A DNA stretch of 64,000 bases. Origin: Cirrosporium novae-zelandiae. Lineage: Eukaryota. Location of the stretch: assembly GCA_026023565.1 (NCBI GenBank), contig JAPETS010000030.1, positions 186,001-250,000 of the forward strand. Direction: 5' to 3'. Below the pieces are notes generated by a model. That model saw only the letters and a program-made list of their open reading frames with translations, was not told where the DNA came from and did not search any database. Shown here one piece after another: positions 11,580 through 22,513 of this stretch; positions within the stretch are counted from its first letter, which is position 1; each line of letters begins with the position of its first letter. Made by a program: the position numbers and the translations under genes.

Positions 11580-13567
11580 ATGACCAACACATCCCATCAT
11601 CTTGGCTCCCATAGCTCTACATCTTGCGTCATACAACTCGAGCCTCTCTCTAATGAGCAGGGCGGACAGTCAGGTATGAATTGCGAAGAAGGAAAGAGTG
11701 AAGATACAGAAGTCCAACAGAATACTGAATCCAACTCCTCATCCTCATCCTCATCCTCATCCTCAACCCCGTCGACAGCAGTGAGCCCGGTTCAGACATG
11801 GAACAACCCCAGAATCAACATTTGGAGGCTCTTGTCAACCTTCATTTCCTTTATAGTCATGGGTGCCAATGATGCCGCTTATGGGGTTGGTTTTTAATTC
11901 AATTTAACACGATTTCCAAAATTGACTAACATACATCTCCCATAGGCTTTAATTCCCTATGTTTGTACTTTCATCCTAGCTTTGTCTAAGAAGTGCTAAT
12001 TGGTTTCCTTTAAGCTTGAAAAATACTATAATGTCACCTACACAACGGTGTCCTTGATATTTCTCTCTCCCGTCATCGGTTATACCGCCTCGGCTATTCT
12101 TATAAATCCTATACACACACACCTAGGACAACGAGGAATTGCATTTCTTGGACCTGGCAGTCATTTGATTTCATTCATCATAACAGCCGTTCATCCACCT
12201 TTTCCTGTCCTGGTTGTGGTGTACATACTTGCTGGGTTTGGTAATGGAACTGAAGATGGAGCGTGGAATGCATGGATTGGCGGGTTGGCAAAAAGCAATG
12301 AGATATTGGGGCTTCTGCACGGATTCTATGGGCTCGGTGCTACCCTTAGCCCTCTTATTGCGACTTCAATGATTACAAAAGCCAATTTGAAGTGGTATAC
12401 TTTTTACTATCTTATGGTGAGCTATACTTTCGTACATTATTGTTTGACTCTGTATCCTATTATTTGGCCGAAAACAGTCTTTGGTACAACTTGTATGCCT
12501 CAAGGCTCGAATAAGGAAACCAAAGTAATAGTACTTGAAATAACTAAAGCCCCTCGAAACGTTTTCCCTCCAACTCGTTTCTTCTCCACAGACGACGTCA
12601 TTATCAAATTTCCATCTCATTCCCCCATCTCCATAAACCACAAGCTCATACATATCACCTCCAGATTGCCATCTCCACCATCGAACTAGTAACCAGCGTC
12701 TATTTCTTCCGCCACGCCAACGGCGCCGCATTCCTAGCCCAAAACCCCCGTCAACACCACTCCCACTCCTCCTCCAACACCCCCACCAAACCCCCCCGAC
12801 CCATAATCCTCCGCGCCCTCTCTCACCCCACAACAAGCATAATGTCCTTCTTCCTGCTAATCTATGTCGGCATCGAAGTCTCCCTAGGAGGCTGGCTCAC
12901 AACCTTCATGCTCCGCATCCGCCTCGGCACCCCCTTCTCCTCCGGTCTCGTCTCCACGGGCTTCTGGCTCGGAATAACCCTCGGACGCGTAACCCTCGGT
13001 TTCCTAACCCCGCGCCTCGGAGGCGTCCGCCTAGCCGTGCCCCTCTACCTCCTCTGCGCCCTAATCCTCCAAATCCTATTCTGGCGTATCCCCAACTTCG
13101 TCGCCAGCGCCGTGTTTGTGTCATTCGTGGGATATTGTTTGGGACCTATGTTTCCGGCGGCGGTTGTGGCGGCTACGGAAAGGTTGCCTAGGGATTTGCA
13201 TGTGGTGGGAGTGGGGTTTCTGGCTGCGTTGGGGAGTGCGGGGGCTTGTATATTGCCGTTTGCGGTGGGGGCGGCGGCGGAGGCGAAGGGGGTTGGGGTC
13301 TTGCAGCCGATTGTTGTGGGGTTGATGGGGGGGGCGTTGGGGTTGTGGTTTTGTCTTCCGGGGAGGAAGAAGGGGGAGGAGGAGGAGGGGGGGAGGAGGA
13401 ATGGTGGTGAGGGTGGTGGTGGGAGTGGTAGGGGTGGGAGTGGTGGTGGGGGTGATGGTGAGATGGAAGAAGCATCTAGATTGAGAAAAATGATTGCATT
13501 AGCTCGGGGGAAGAGACGTGTCAGAAGGGTTTTTGGAGGTGAGAATGAGAATGAGGAGAATTGCTGA
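11580..13567 (+). CDS. MFS transporter, BSC6/fucose-permease-like (exons 11580-11885, 11946-11960, 12015-12416, 12665-13567)
   Basis: Spliced WNNPRINIWR...GANDAAYG|ALIPY|LEKYY; many hydrophobic helices; GLLHGFYGLGATLSPLIAT; YVGIEVSLGGW; GFWLGITLGR; all four exons join in frame. Confidence 0.88.
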
Positions 13568-13853
13568 GATTGATTTGTTGGCATCGTTTGTCTCCTCTTT
13601 ATATAGATATATGTGTGTATACCTCTCTCTCTGGGATGATGCAAATGATATCTATGCATCTACTATGACAATGACCATGATAATGGAAATTCTCATACAC
13701 TGATACACAATTTTCGGACTTCCTTTTCCTCTTTTATATTTTTGTTATAATATAAGTGTTTAAGTGTTTTATTCTAGCTACTGTAGCCATACTCTCATCC
13801 TCCTCTAGGCCCACACAAGAACAACAACAACAGCCCCGAGCCCACCACCCCCA

Positions 13854-14330
13854 GAATCGACCGGCTGACTAATAGCCACCGGCGTTCCTCTTCCTCTCCC
13901 ATCCTTCCCCTCATCCTCCTCCTCTTCCCCCCCCACCCCCCAACCCCCGAATCGACCGGCTGACTAATAGCCAACCGGCCACCGGAATTCCTCCCCTCCT
14001 TCTCCCCTCTTCCCAAATATATATCCAAATTGTAATTTCGGTTATATATACCACACACACATCCCACGAGCAAAACCATACCCCCACACCCCACCACCCC
14101 CGGATCGACCGGCTGACTAATAGCCAACCGGGCTCCCCTCCTCCATCCCAACTCTCTCCTCCCCTTCTCCCCCCCACACCAACAACCCCCGAATCGACCG
14201 GCTGACTAATAGCCAACCGGAACTTCTCCCCTCCATCCCCTTCTTCCCCCCTCCCAAATCCCCAAATATATATATCCAAATTGTAATTTTGTTTGTATAT
14301 ACCACGCACACACGCACACACAGTATAATG
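13854..14330. repeat. Array of four copies of a 25-30-bp motif (gaatcgaccggctgactaatagcc(a)accgg) separated by C-rich spacers, nested in an approximately 245-bp two-unit duplication
   Basis: Invariant core tcgaccggctgactaatagcc at 13857, 13952, 14105, 14194; a second element cccaaatatatatccaaattgtaattt..tatataccac at about 14012 and 14261. Confidence 0.95.
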
Positions 14331-15299
14331 TAGTCACACATTTCCATAAAGAAAAATCACCCGCGTACAAAAAAGAATCCAGAAACGAATGGAAGGAGCG
14401 AGAGAATTTTCTTTTTGGGTTTTGTGTATTTTGTTGTGTATTTTAATGTCATGCAACCAGCACCAACCACCGACCGCTCACCGGTTACATTATTCTGTTC
14501 ATCAACTGCTGCATAGCTAGCTAACCAATTGACTAAACAATCCACGACGTAGAGTTTTTGGAAAATATAAATAACTTTCGGAGGGTTTTGAATGGGGAAA
14601 GGGTAAAGGTAAAGTTGAGAGTGATGGATTAACTTGGCTCAATCAACCCAAAACCTGGTGAGGAAAGGAGGGGAGAGAAGGGAAGGGATAACGTTGCTAC
14701 TCTCAGTATGCTGTTTGTAGGTCTGGTGTTGAATTTGAAATTGATGAGTGAGGATTCGAGACCTGAAATTGAAGATTCAAAATCTGAAATTCGAAATCCG
14801 AAATTTGAAATCAAAATTGGAGATTGGTAGGCAGCCAGTCAGCCAGGCAGGTAGATAGGGATTATTGATTTCGTCTTGAAGTACTATAGTGGGTTGTTAG
14901 TTCATTTGGATTGTGTATGGCGATATGATGCATACACAATGCATAAATATATATAGATATATACCTGTGGATTTAGAATCCGTGGTCCCTGGTAAATAGG
15001 AAGGCAGGAGTAGGGATAGAGGTAGTAGGTAAGGAAATCATCGGGGAGACTCGTAGTCAACAGAGTTGTGGTAACAACCATAACCACAGACAACCAACCA
15101 CAACCACACTAACCAAACTCTAGGAGTAATGATTTTTAGAAAGATAATTCTTTCTTCCAGTATCGCTGTTTTCAGATTTTGCATTCGACTTGACTGGCCC
15201 AGGACATCTTGAGGTATAGTAAAAAAAGAGGAAAGTGCATAGATAAAGAAAAGCCCGTAGATATCTTGGCTAGTGTTAGAAGGTAAGCTAGCGCTCTTA

Positions 15300-16040
15300 C
15301 CTACCTAGACTCAGAGGGTCGCGGGATGTTCGCTACTTGAGCGGATACCCAGCGTTATGATATATATAACTTGGTTGCACCGTTGCTGGTTTGTCTAGGT
15401 ATATTTAGGGCCTCTGTCGGATTGTCTAGAAGAGTGGTTCAGAAAGGTAGTCCGGGCTGGTTTGTCAAAAGGACGACGATAACGCGGTAGATAACCAGCA
15501 TTCTGGCCTTTGGGTCTAGAAATATATTGTGCGAGGTCATACCAGTTTATCTGTTTGGCGAAGAGCGTCCTCTAAAACTGCTCCGCTGTTGTGCTCACAA
15601 CGGGCTTCGTCGATCGACTACCTAAAGACGAGGTCGATGTTTCTCCAAGCACGGACGACATTCGAAAATTTGCTTGTATCGCCAATTTGCTTCGGAACTG
15701 CAAAGACCTAGGCCACATACTTTAGTGGATACCCAGTGTTGGGATATATAATCTAGTTACACCATAACAGCTAGCTTGTATTGTTCTTTGGTGATATGAT
15801 AATTGGTGAACCCTTGGTTGTTTTATATAATCGAAAATTGGTATCGTAGTCATATATAGTTATCAGCCGCTGTATGTTAATCGATATATATCGCACCCAC
15901 ATCCTTAACAGAGGAGGGAGGTGTTTGTAGTCCGAGTCTAGAATACTGGTTGACCATGCTATCAGAGACCAAACTTGGAATTGGATATGCCGATTATGGT
16001 CAAGTCCATGTTGCTGTGTGGTTGTTGAGCTCATCAGCAA
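15300..16040 (-). mobile_element. Decayed ORF relic, probably LTR-retrotransposon (Ty3/Gypsy-type) gag-like, with RIP-like stops
   Basis: Frame of ORF 16040-15771 continues through TAG stops as LLWCN*IIYPNTGYPLKYVA*VFAVPKQIGDTSKFSNVVRAWRNIDLVFR*SIDEA...; stops are compatible with CAG>TAG. The AWxxxDxxFRxxIxE pattern resembles fungal gag-like proteins from memory (unverified). Confidence 0.4.
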
Positions 16041-16654
16041 GGACTATAAACTACCCACCATACTATAATTTGAGCGAATAGAGTAAGTAGATCGATCCTA
16101 ACGCCATCTGATGTAGATCTGTGGCAGCGATAGAGGGGTTTCAATCTCAAAATTCTTCTGAGCGTTTTTCCCTAGCCCTTCCTGCTGGCTGGTACTTTGT
16201 GGTCAAATCAAGCCATAAATAAATGACTCCGAAGAGTTTTTGTTTGGTTGGCTCGTAGCTTAGCTCAGTTCCTGATTCCATCTGCTGATCACCGTCATTG
16301 CCACCAACTTGATTGTTGGGAACTCGTTCGTTCCGTTTATTTTGAGTTGGGAGGAAACATGTAAATGAGACAGAGAATGGAAGTGGGATTCTCATATTCA
16401 TAGATATGACTGCGATGTCTCTGTTGCAAAATACCAGTCATAGTTTAAGGTTGTAATAGTAGCAGAAGCAATTTGCTTTTCCTAAAGGGTTCAACAACAA
16501 GACAAGACATAGGTCATGCAAGAGATCTTCTACTATTGAGGGGGCTTTCCACCAGAGGAGGGTTATATATTCTTTAATCAGGAATGGTGAGTATATAAAA
16601 AGAATCAACTGCCCTAAGGTGGGCGATCTTCTCCTAAAGTTTCACCACCTCCAG

Positions 16655-16702
16655 TTCTTTATCGTAAATTCTTTATCGTAAATTCTTTATCGTAAATTCT
16701 TT
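16655..16702. repeat. 14-bp tandem repeat (ttctttatcgtaaa x3.4)
   Basis: Perfect units at 16655, 16669, 16683. Confidence 0.9.
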
Positions 16703-19023
16703 TTCTTGTTTCGCCCAATTATTTGGGTGTAAGTATTAGAGTGAGGTAAAAGATGGTCGGAGAATAGCATACGAGAACTAGGAGGAATTTTTGGAGAGGA
16801 AGAAAAAAGGAGGGGCGACGATATCAGGTAGATAGTACCACCTCTAAACTTTGAGGCCTAACCTCGGGAGCCATAGATTGCTTATCGCGAGAGGAACTAG
16901 AAGAAGAAAGCTGGATCCGGTCGAGATACTTCTAGCGAAAGAATTGGCACATGTATGTATGACTCGCTATCATTCAGAAGCTTGCTCCTGTAGACAGTGC
17001 AGAGATGTAGGATATTCTGAAGGCCATTCTTTGTGGTTGAGTAATTGTCTAGATGATGGAATTAGTTTTTTTTAGATCATCAGAGGGGTGAAAGGGTCTT
17101 ACAGGAAGTGGAGTAAGCTTCGTCACCTAGAGAAATGCATCCCGGTGTGATTGAAATATCCTGGTATCCTTTGAAGTCCATTGTCTTCAGCTTATCCATT
17201 CCACTCCTCGGTCGTCTCGTTCCTCAATAACAAACACTGACAGCTGTTTCTAGATATTGGTAATTTGCTGGGCGATATTAATCATCGTGGGATATTGTTG
17301 TGTCATTGTACAGGAACAGTGTGACTAAGGTTTGGGAGAACAGTTGATATTGAAGAGTGCCTGATGTTTAAAAAGAGGTCCAAGTTTGAACACCAAGAAG
17401 GGCCTTATTAGGCTCTGACCTCAACAGTGTCAGAGCCTAGTGAATGAGCGACAAGAAGATGAAGTAGGCCTGAAGGTAGTGCTTCGGCTCTAGAAGATCG
17501 GCCACCGTTGGAGGAAATTAGCAGGTAGAGGGAAATGACATCAAAAGCAGACATGTCGTATGTTTCCTTTGGGGCCATGTATATTTAGAGTAGTTGTGCT
17601 TAATTGTAACAATAATAAAAGTAAGCTGCTTGGTGGAAGGATTCAGTGAAAGATAGAATTGCCTGAGCAGTGTTTGTGTTTGTGTGAGACCATGGAACCC
17701 GTCACTTATCTATAGTCATGTTGGACTATGTATGATGAAGTATGATCCTAAACTTGAGGCAGAAAGCAGGTTACTGCTTTGCTTCGCTTCAGAACTGTTG
17801 CTTATCTTTGGGATGTTTGGATATCCATCTGTTTCTCAAATAGAACGAGAGGTTTGAAACGGATAACTTTTTGATGATTGATAGGCGCAGTGAGAATCAC
17901 TATATCATATTTCAAAAGAAATTGTGTCTGCTCCATTCCCACAAGACGAGTAAACTGGAAAAAGTCCAACGTTAGCTAAGGAATCTTTCATTTCAGAATA
18001 GTCAGATATTTTAGAACCATATGAAGTATACTCACCAGTAGCTCCACTATATTAATCAACGTATAGGTACAATTACCACAAGCACACATTTCCCTTGCTG
18101 TTGAAAGACATAGCAACAAGGGAAAGGGTGGGCTGGGGAGAAAAATTGATAGAGGAACGCCTCTTGGCTGCTCTTTGTAAGAGTCTGGAGCTTTACTAGC
18201 TGGAGTTGTTGAAACTGTTGGGGCTGTTGAGGTTGTTGGAGTTGCTGTTGATGCTGGAATAGTTGACTGTAATAACATGCTTGCAAGTTGTTGCATAAGG
18301 ATGAGGTTAGGGTAGTGGAGAATAAAGAGAGGGGAAAACAAGTTCAGTCCCATCAAAGGAATGAGATGCAGGGAGGATTTCCGGAAAGTGAGGTAGCAGT
18401 TTGCTCGGCGTTAGGCAACAAGAAAAAAGGACCGCAGGCCATGGTTACCAAGGCGTGGACTAAGGAATGTGGTGCTGATATATGAAAGATAGTTATAATT
18501 AACCGGAGGGGAGATAGGTATATACAAAGGAATTTTTTAGTCGGTAGGCAACGACAAGAAAGGAAGTTGAATTGGATGCTTCCGGAATCAAAACGTTGGG
18601 GGGAAGGGACCCGTATTTATCTTCGTCGGGGGCATTATAATGGGCAAACGGAATTCACTGAACGGGCACAGATGCATCATATAGGGTTCATACATGCATG
18701 CGGGCATGCATGTGAGTCCGTTTCTTCTTCACTCTCCAGATGATAATAGCATGACTAAAGTAAATATTTCCTTGATAAGTGAGTCCCTATAGATTAGATC
18801 ATACAGCACAACGCATACAATGCAAGAATCAGTATCGGTGAATAGAAAGAACATAACTGACAAACAGCAAGCACTGCATGCATGGCCATTATTCCCCAAA
18901 AATATCTATCTAACCAGTGTCCAGTGAATTATACCTATGCCAGAGCAATCTCCCTGGCCGCCTGAGCCTGTCAGGCCCCCTTTGTCCTTTGTCGCCACAT
19001 CCTGTTCCCCTCAGTCTTTGGAC

Positions 19024-19857
19024 TTAACAAGCAGCAACGGAGGTAAAGATGCAGGAGTCGCTAGATCCGGAACTGATCTCGGTAGGTTCATCGCCAGTAT
19101 CATTACCCTCATATTCAACACAGATATCGTCCACACTTGTTGCACAAGTTCCAGAAATCGTTGCGGTGTCTCCATAGTTCGAATTGATGCCTGCAAGTAT
19201 ACTACCACTTTCGGCAACAACGTTGGTTATGATAACATGACGTTCATACATATCATCACAATTTCCACAGGATCGGTATAGTTTACCAAAGTTGGAGACA
19301 TAGAATCCATCGATTTCTACGCTCCCTCCTCCGTCATGCTGGATCACTTTGTCTTCTGCATTTTGGGCACCTCCGCCTTTGACATAGCTGGTACCTGAGG
19401 TCTGTCGAAGGGTCAAAGCATCTTCGCAGACAGCTTCCCACCAAACGTTTTCGATTGTGCATGCGCCCATACAATGAACGCCCTCGATCTGGTCTGCACC
19501 AATGATGACATTCTTAAGGGTTCCGCCTTCTTCAACTTGAAACACTGCATCATCGTCGCCACCTTCTGTTTGTCCTGTGCACGAGGTGCCCCGGTCGAAG
19601 CGGTACATCTGGCCATCAAAGGTACCAGAGACAACATAAGGGGTCGAGAAACTAGAGGAACCGGCAGCAGAAGGGAACGTTGTGATTGCAGTGACCGAAC
19701 CAGAAGCGGCTGCCGTACCGGTAGCGGTTGATGTACCATTGGCTCGACGATAATGTAAGCCTCCCAAGTGCCCAACTCTATGTGGGTTCGAAGCTTCAGC
19801 ACCGAGAGATAGCACACCGATGGTGGCTAAAACTAGACCGCATATTGTCGGATGCAT
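19024..19857 (-). CDS. Secreted pectate lyase, polysaccharide lyase family 3
   Basis: Signal peptide; PL3 motifs [55 protein letters not shown]; intronless 277 aa. Confidence 0.93.
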   Translation of the reverse strand: MHPTICGLVLATIGVLSLGAEASNPHRVGHLGGLHYRRANGTSTATGTAAASGSVTAITTFPSAAGSSSFSTPYVVSGTFDGQMYRFDRGTSCTGQTEGGDDDAVFQVEEGGTLKNVIIGADQIEGVHCMGACTIENVWWEAVCEDALTLRQTSGTSYVKGGGAQNAEDKVIQHDGGGSVEIDGFYVSNFGKLYRSCGNCDDMYERHVIITNVVAESGSILAGINSNYGDTATISGTCATSVDDICVEYEGNDTGDEPTEISSGSSDSCIFTSVAAC

Positions 19858-20780
19858 TTTTACTGATTGAGCAAAAAGGTGAATGAAGATGCGAGTTGTT
19901 TGGTAAATGAATTGTACCTGGAAAGGTTCGGACCTGCCAAAGATATATAGAATTGGCTACGGCTGGCGCAGCGAAAGGGAAGAGGATGGATAGATGCCTT
20001 GATGATAAAGGAAAGCTGTATGATCAAAATCATGATGAAAGCAAAGTCCTTTTTATATCAAAGATATAGCATCGGGTCATGTTCGGAACAATCTTGGTGA
20101 TCCTTGAGGTATTACTTTTGAACAATTTTGATAATGATCATCATTAGTCCTTGGATTTATGTGGGTTCCCATTATTCAGATAGATGAAGCCTGTTTCTAG
20201 AAACGAAACCAGGGAGGACTCCAGGGCTGCTCAGGTATGAAGTATTAACTATTGGCAGAGGGTTGATTGCAATCTCTAACATTGCAAGAATCTTGTTTGA
20301 AGTTGAGGGAAAATAGTTCACCGCCAGAGGATCTTCGGATATCAGAGCAAGGATCAGATATGTATTTTATCACCAGGTACCGGCTTTGGAGATTTGGTGA
20401 AAGTTAATCAGATGAAGTCCTACAATGCTCTGCCGACGTGTGTATGAGCGGATTTGGAAATATATCAACTTGAAACTTAGTAGTCCCCGCAGTCGTTGTG
20501 TGCCAAGGGAGGCATAATTTTCCTTTGCTGTCATTTATGGTCCTTATTCGGTAGCATCCCTCACCAGGCGAAAAGGGGTGGAGCCAAGAGCCAAGAGCAT
20601 GACTGTGGAAAATGCCAAGGAATAAAATTTCCGGAGCCCACCAGGATCAAAGCTTCCGCTGTCAAGCTTTTGCCTTCGGTTACTCTGTTAAGACAGTGAA
20701 ACCCCAGGCAGAGGTTTTGGTGTACTGTGTACATTGAAGACTTGTTCAAACATCAATTCCCTTTGCTCAATGCATGTCAA

Positions 20781-21731
20781 TTACATTCCAGCCCACTCAA
20801 CACAAAGTGTTCTGACTCTTTCACTGTTCTCATCCAACCCACCAAACAGATACCCTTTCTTCACTCCTGTACCCAATCTTCCTCCTCCAACTATATCCAG
20901 CAAGTCTATTTCTTCTTCCCATTTTACGCCAGTGGCTAAGAAATGACTATGATAAGCCACTGGGTCACCTGGGTATACCATATATTGGCACCCAAATCGA
21001 ATTCCGGGACTCATAACGTAGGAAAGCGAATGGAGATGTTTGAAGAGAGGATATGAAGAATGGGCAATTGGAATTTCGGCTGATAAAGGTGATGGAGGGG
21101 GAAGGGAAGCAGAAGAAGTCGTAAAGTGAGTTATACCATAAGGTTGCAACTCGGACGGTTTGCTTTCTGATTGAGAATTTTCATTTGAAGCTGTGACTAG
21201 TGGGTTTGGAGACGATTCAAACAGCGACTCCGTTTGTTCTTTAGATTCTCCTTGCCTGCTGTCTAGGCTAGTAGAATCTTGTGATGTATTTTTTTCCAGT
21301 TTGCCTCCCTTTTTTTTATTCTTCAAGCCTTGCTGTCCTTTCAGAGTTTTCAATATCTCCTCCTGCCTAGTCTTTCTCTTCTTTTCTTCTTCTAGTGCAA
21401 TTTCCATTCCTTCCTGTTCCACTTCCTGCCTGAGGCCTCTCCTTTCACTCACGGTCATTGCTCTCAGCCCTTCATAATGTAGTTTGCTATCATCTACAAC
21501 ATATGCGACACCTTTTTCAGCAAGTAATCGCACTTCTTCGGGCATTAGCTCAAGTGGGAGACCAAGTAATCGATTTTGCGCCGGAAATTGTGACAAACCA
21601 CCGATCTGAACGCCAAGAATCCTATGCTGGGTCCGCAAATAATGGGCATCATCAGGAGAGAAAATAAAGTACCGATTTTGGATGCGGGATACAGGGAGAG
21701 GGAGAACAGGTGACGGGGTTGGGAGCTCCAT
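20781..21731 (-). CDS. SEN34: tRNA-splicing endonuclease subunit Sen34
   Basis: N-terminal LRTQHRILGVQIGGLSQFPAQN..GLPLELMPEE; catalytic region PGIRFGCQYMVYPGDPVAYHSHF and GGGRLGTGVKK (Tyr/His/Lys); ends EWAGM. Confidence 0.93.
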   Translation of the reverse strand: MELPTPSPVLPLPVSRIQNRYFIFSPDDAHYLRTQHRILGVQIGGLSQFPAQNRLLGLPLELMPEEVRLLAEKGVAYVVDDSKLHYEGLRAMTVSERRGLRQEVEQEGMEIALEEEKKRKTRQEEILKTLKGQQGLKNKKKGGKLEKNTSQDSTSLDSRQGESKEQTESLFESSPNPLVTASNENSQSESKPSELQPYGITHFTTSSASLPPPSPLSAEIPIAHSSYPLFKHLHSLSYVMSPGIRFGCQYMVYPGDPVAYHSHFLATGVKWEEEIDLLDIVGGGRLGTGVKKGYLFGGLDENSERVRTLCVEWAGM

Positions 21732-22376
21732 TGGAGAAAATGGAAAACTGGTTAACCTAAACTGAATCTTCAGCTGTTAGTCGTGGACCAAAATATCAAC
21801 GCTTTGCTAAGTGGAGAAGCATGAAATATAAATTTGGATCATATAACACAATATTGGTATCGTCAAGGGTCCTCGATAGAGGATATCAGGGGATTGACAG
21901 ATTATGAATGGAGTTTAATCATATGGAGAGAAGAAATCTTGCGGCAAAGGGGAGTGACTCTTACTTATTTTCTGGTCAGGCTTTGCAGTTCCAAGCTACC
22001 TAGTGCGTTAGTTGTTGCATAAGAATGACAGTGGCCATAGCAGTCTTATATTTATAAAGTCTCAAAGGCGAGACAACACAACTGAGAGTTCCAAATCATC
22101 ATTTTGTCAATACCGAAAAGTTGGAATTGGTGGAGCTGCAATGTTCTTAATTTGAATTAAAATTTTGTTCCAAAATGTTTGCATCAATTGCACTCACTTC
22201 ACCAATTACAGCCCTAGTTTACATAATTACCGAGGTAACACACTGCAAAAATATAACCGCCACACCGAAACCGGCCAAGGCACAACACCATGACACGATG
22301 ATGCGACCAATCCAACATCCCACACCAAATACCCACAACTCGACCAAAAAATATCAAAAATTCACCGGAGCAAAAG

Positions 22377-22381
22377 AAAAA
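22377..22381 (-). terminator. Pol III oligo-T terminator of tRNA-Ile
   Basis: T5 (then CTTTT) on the minus strand about 30 nt past the tRNA 3' end. Confidence 0.6.
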
Positions 22382-22410
22382 TACTCCTTGGTTAATTTGG
22401 AGTTATACCC

Positions 22411-22513
22411 TGGTCAGTACGGGGGTCGAACCCGCGACATCCGCGTTACCTGACTGCCGCTCGAGGCGGATGTCATATTAGCACGGCGCTCTAACCAACT
22501 GAGCTAACCGACC
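22411..22513 (-). tRNA. tRNA-Ile(AAT) with a 29-nt intron (22447-22475)
   Basis: Minus strand GGTCGGTTAGCTCAGTTGGTTAGAGCGCCGTGCT-AAT-A[intron]ACGCGGATGTCGCGGGTTCGACCCCCGTACTGACCA: acceptor stem, A box, B box GGTTCGACCC, intron at canonical 37/38; mature length 74 nt. Confidence 0.95.

Noticed and set aside
13854..14220. CRISPR array interpretation of the four-copy repeat
   Set aside because: Eukaryotic context, no cas genes, irregular spacing (89-153 nt) and low-complexity, mutually related spacers.
12366..14347. Minus-strand Gly/Arg/Pro-rich ORFs, including those repeating LAISQPVD
   Set aside because: Best explained as by-products of C/G skew antisense to the MFS gene and of the repeat array; no domain or convincing start.
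16100..18700. Short ORFs in the gene-poor stretch (e.g. 16851-17075, 17988-18356)
   Set aside because: No recognisable motif or spliceable model; probably decayed sequence I cannot assign.
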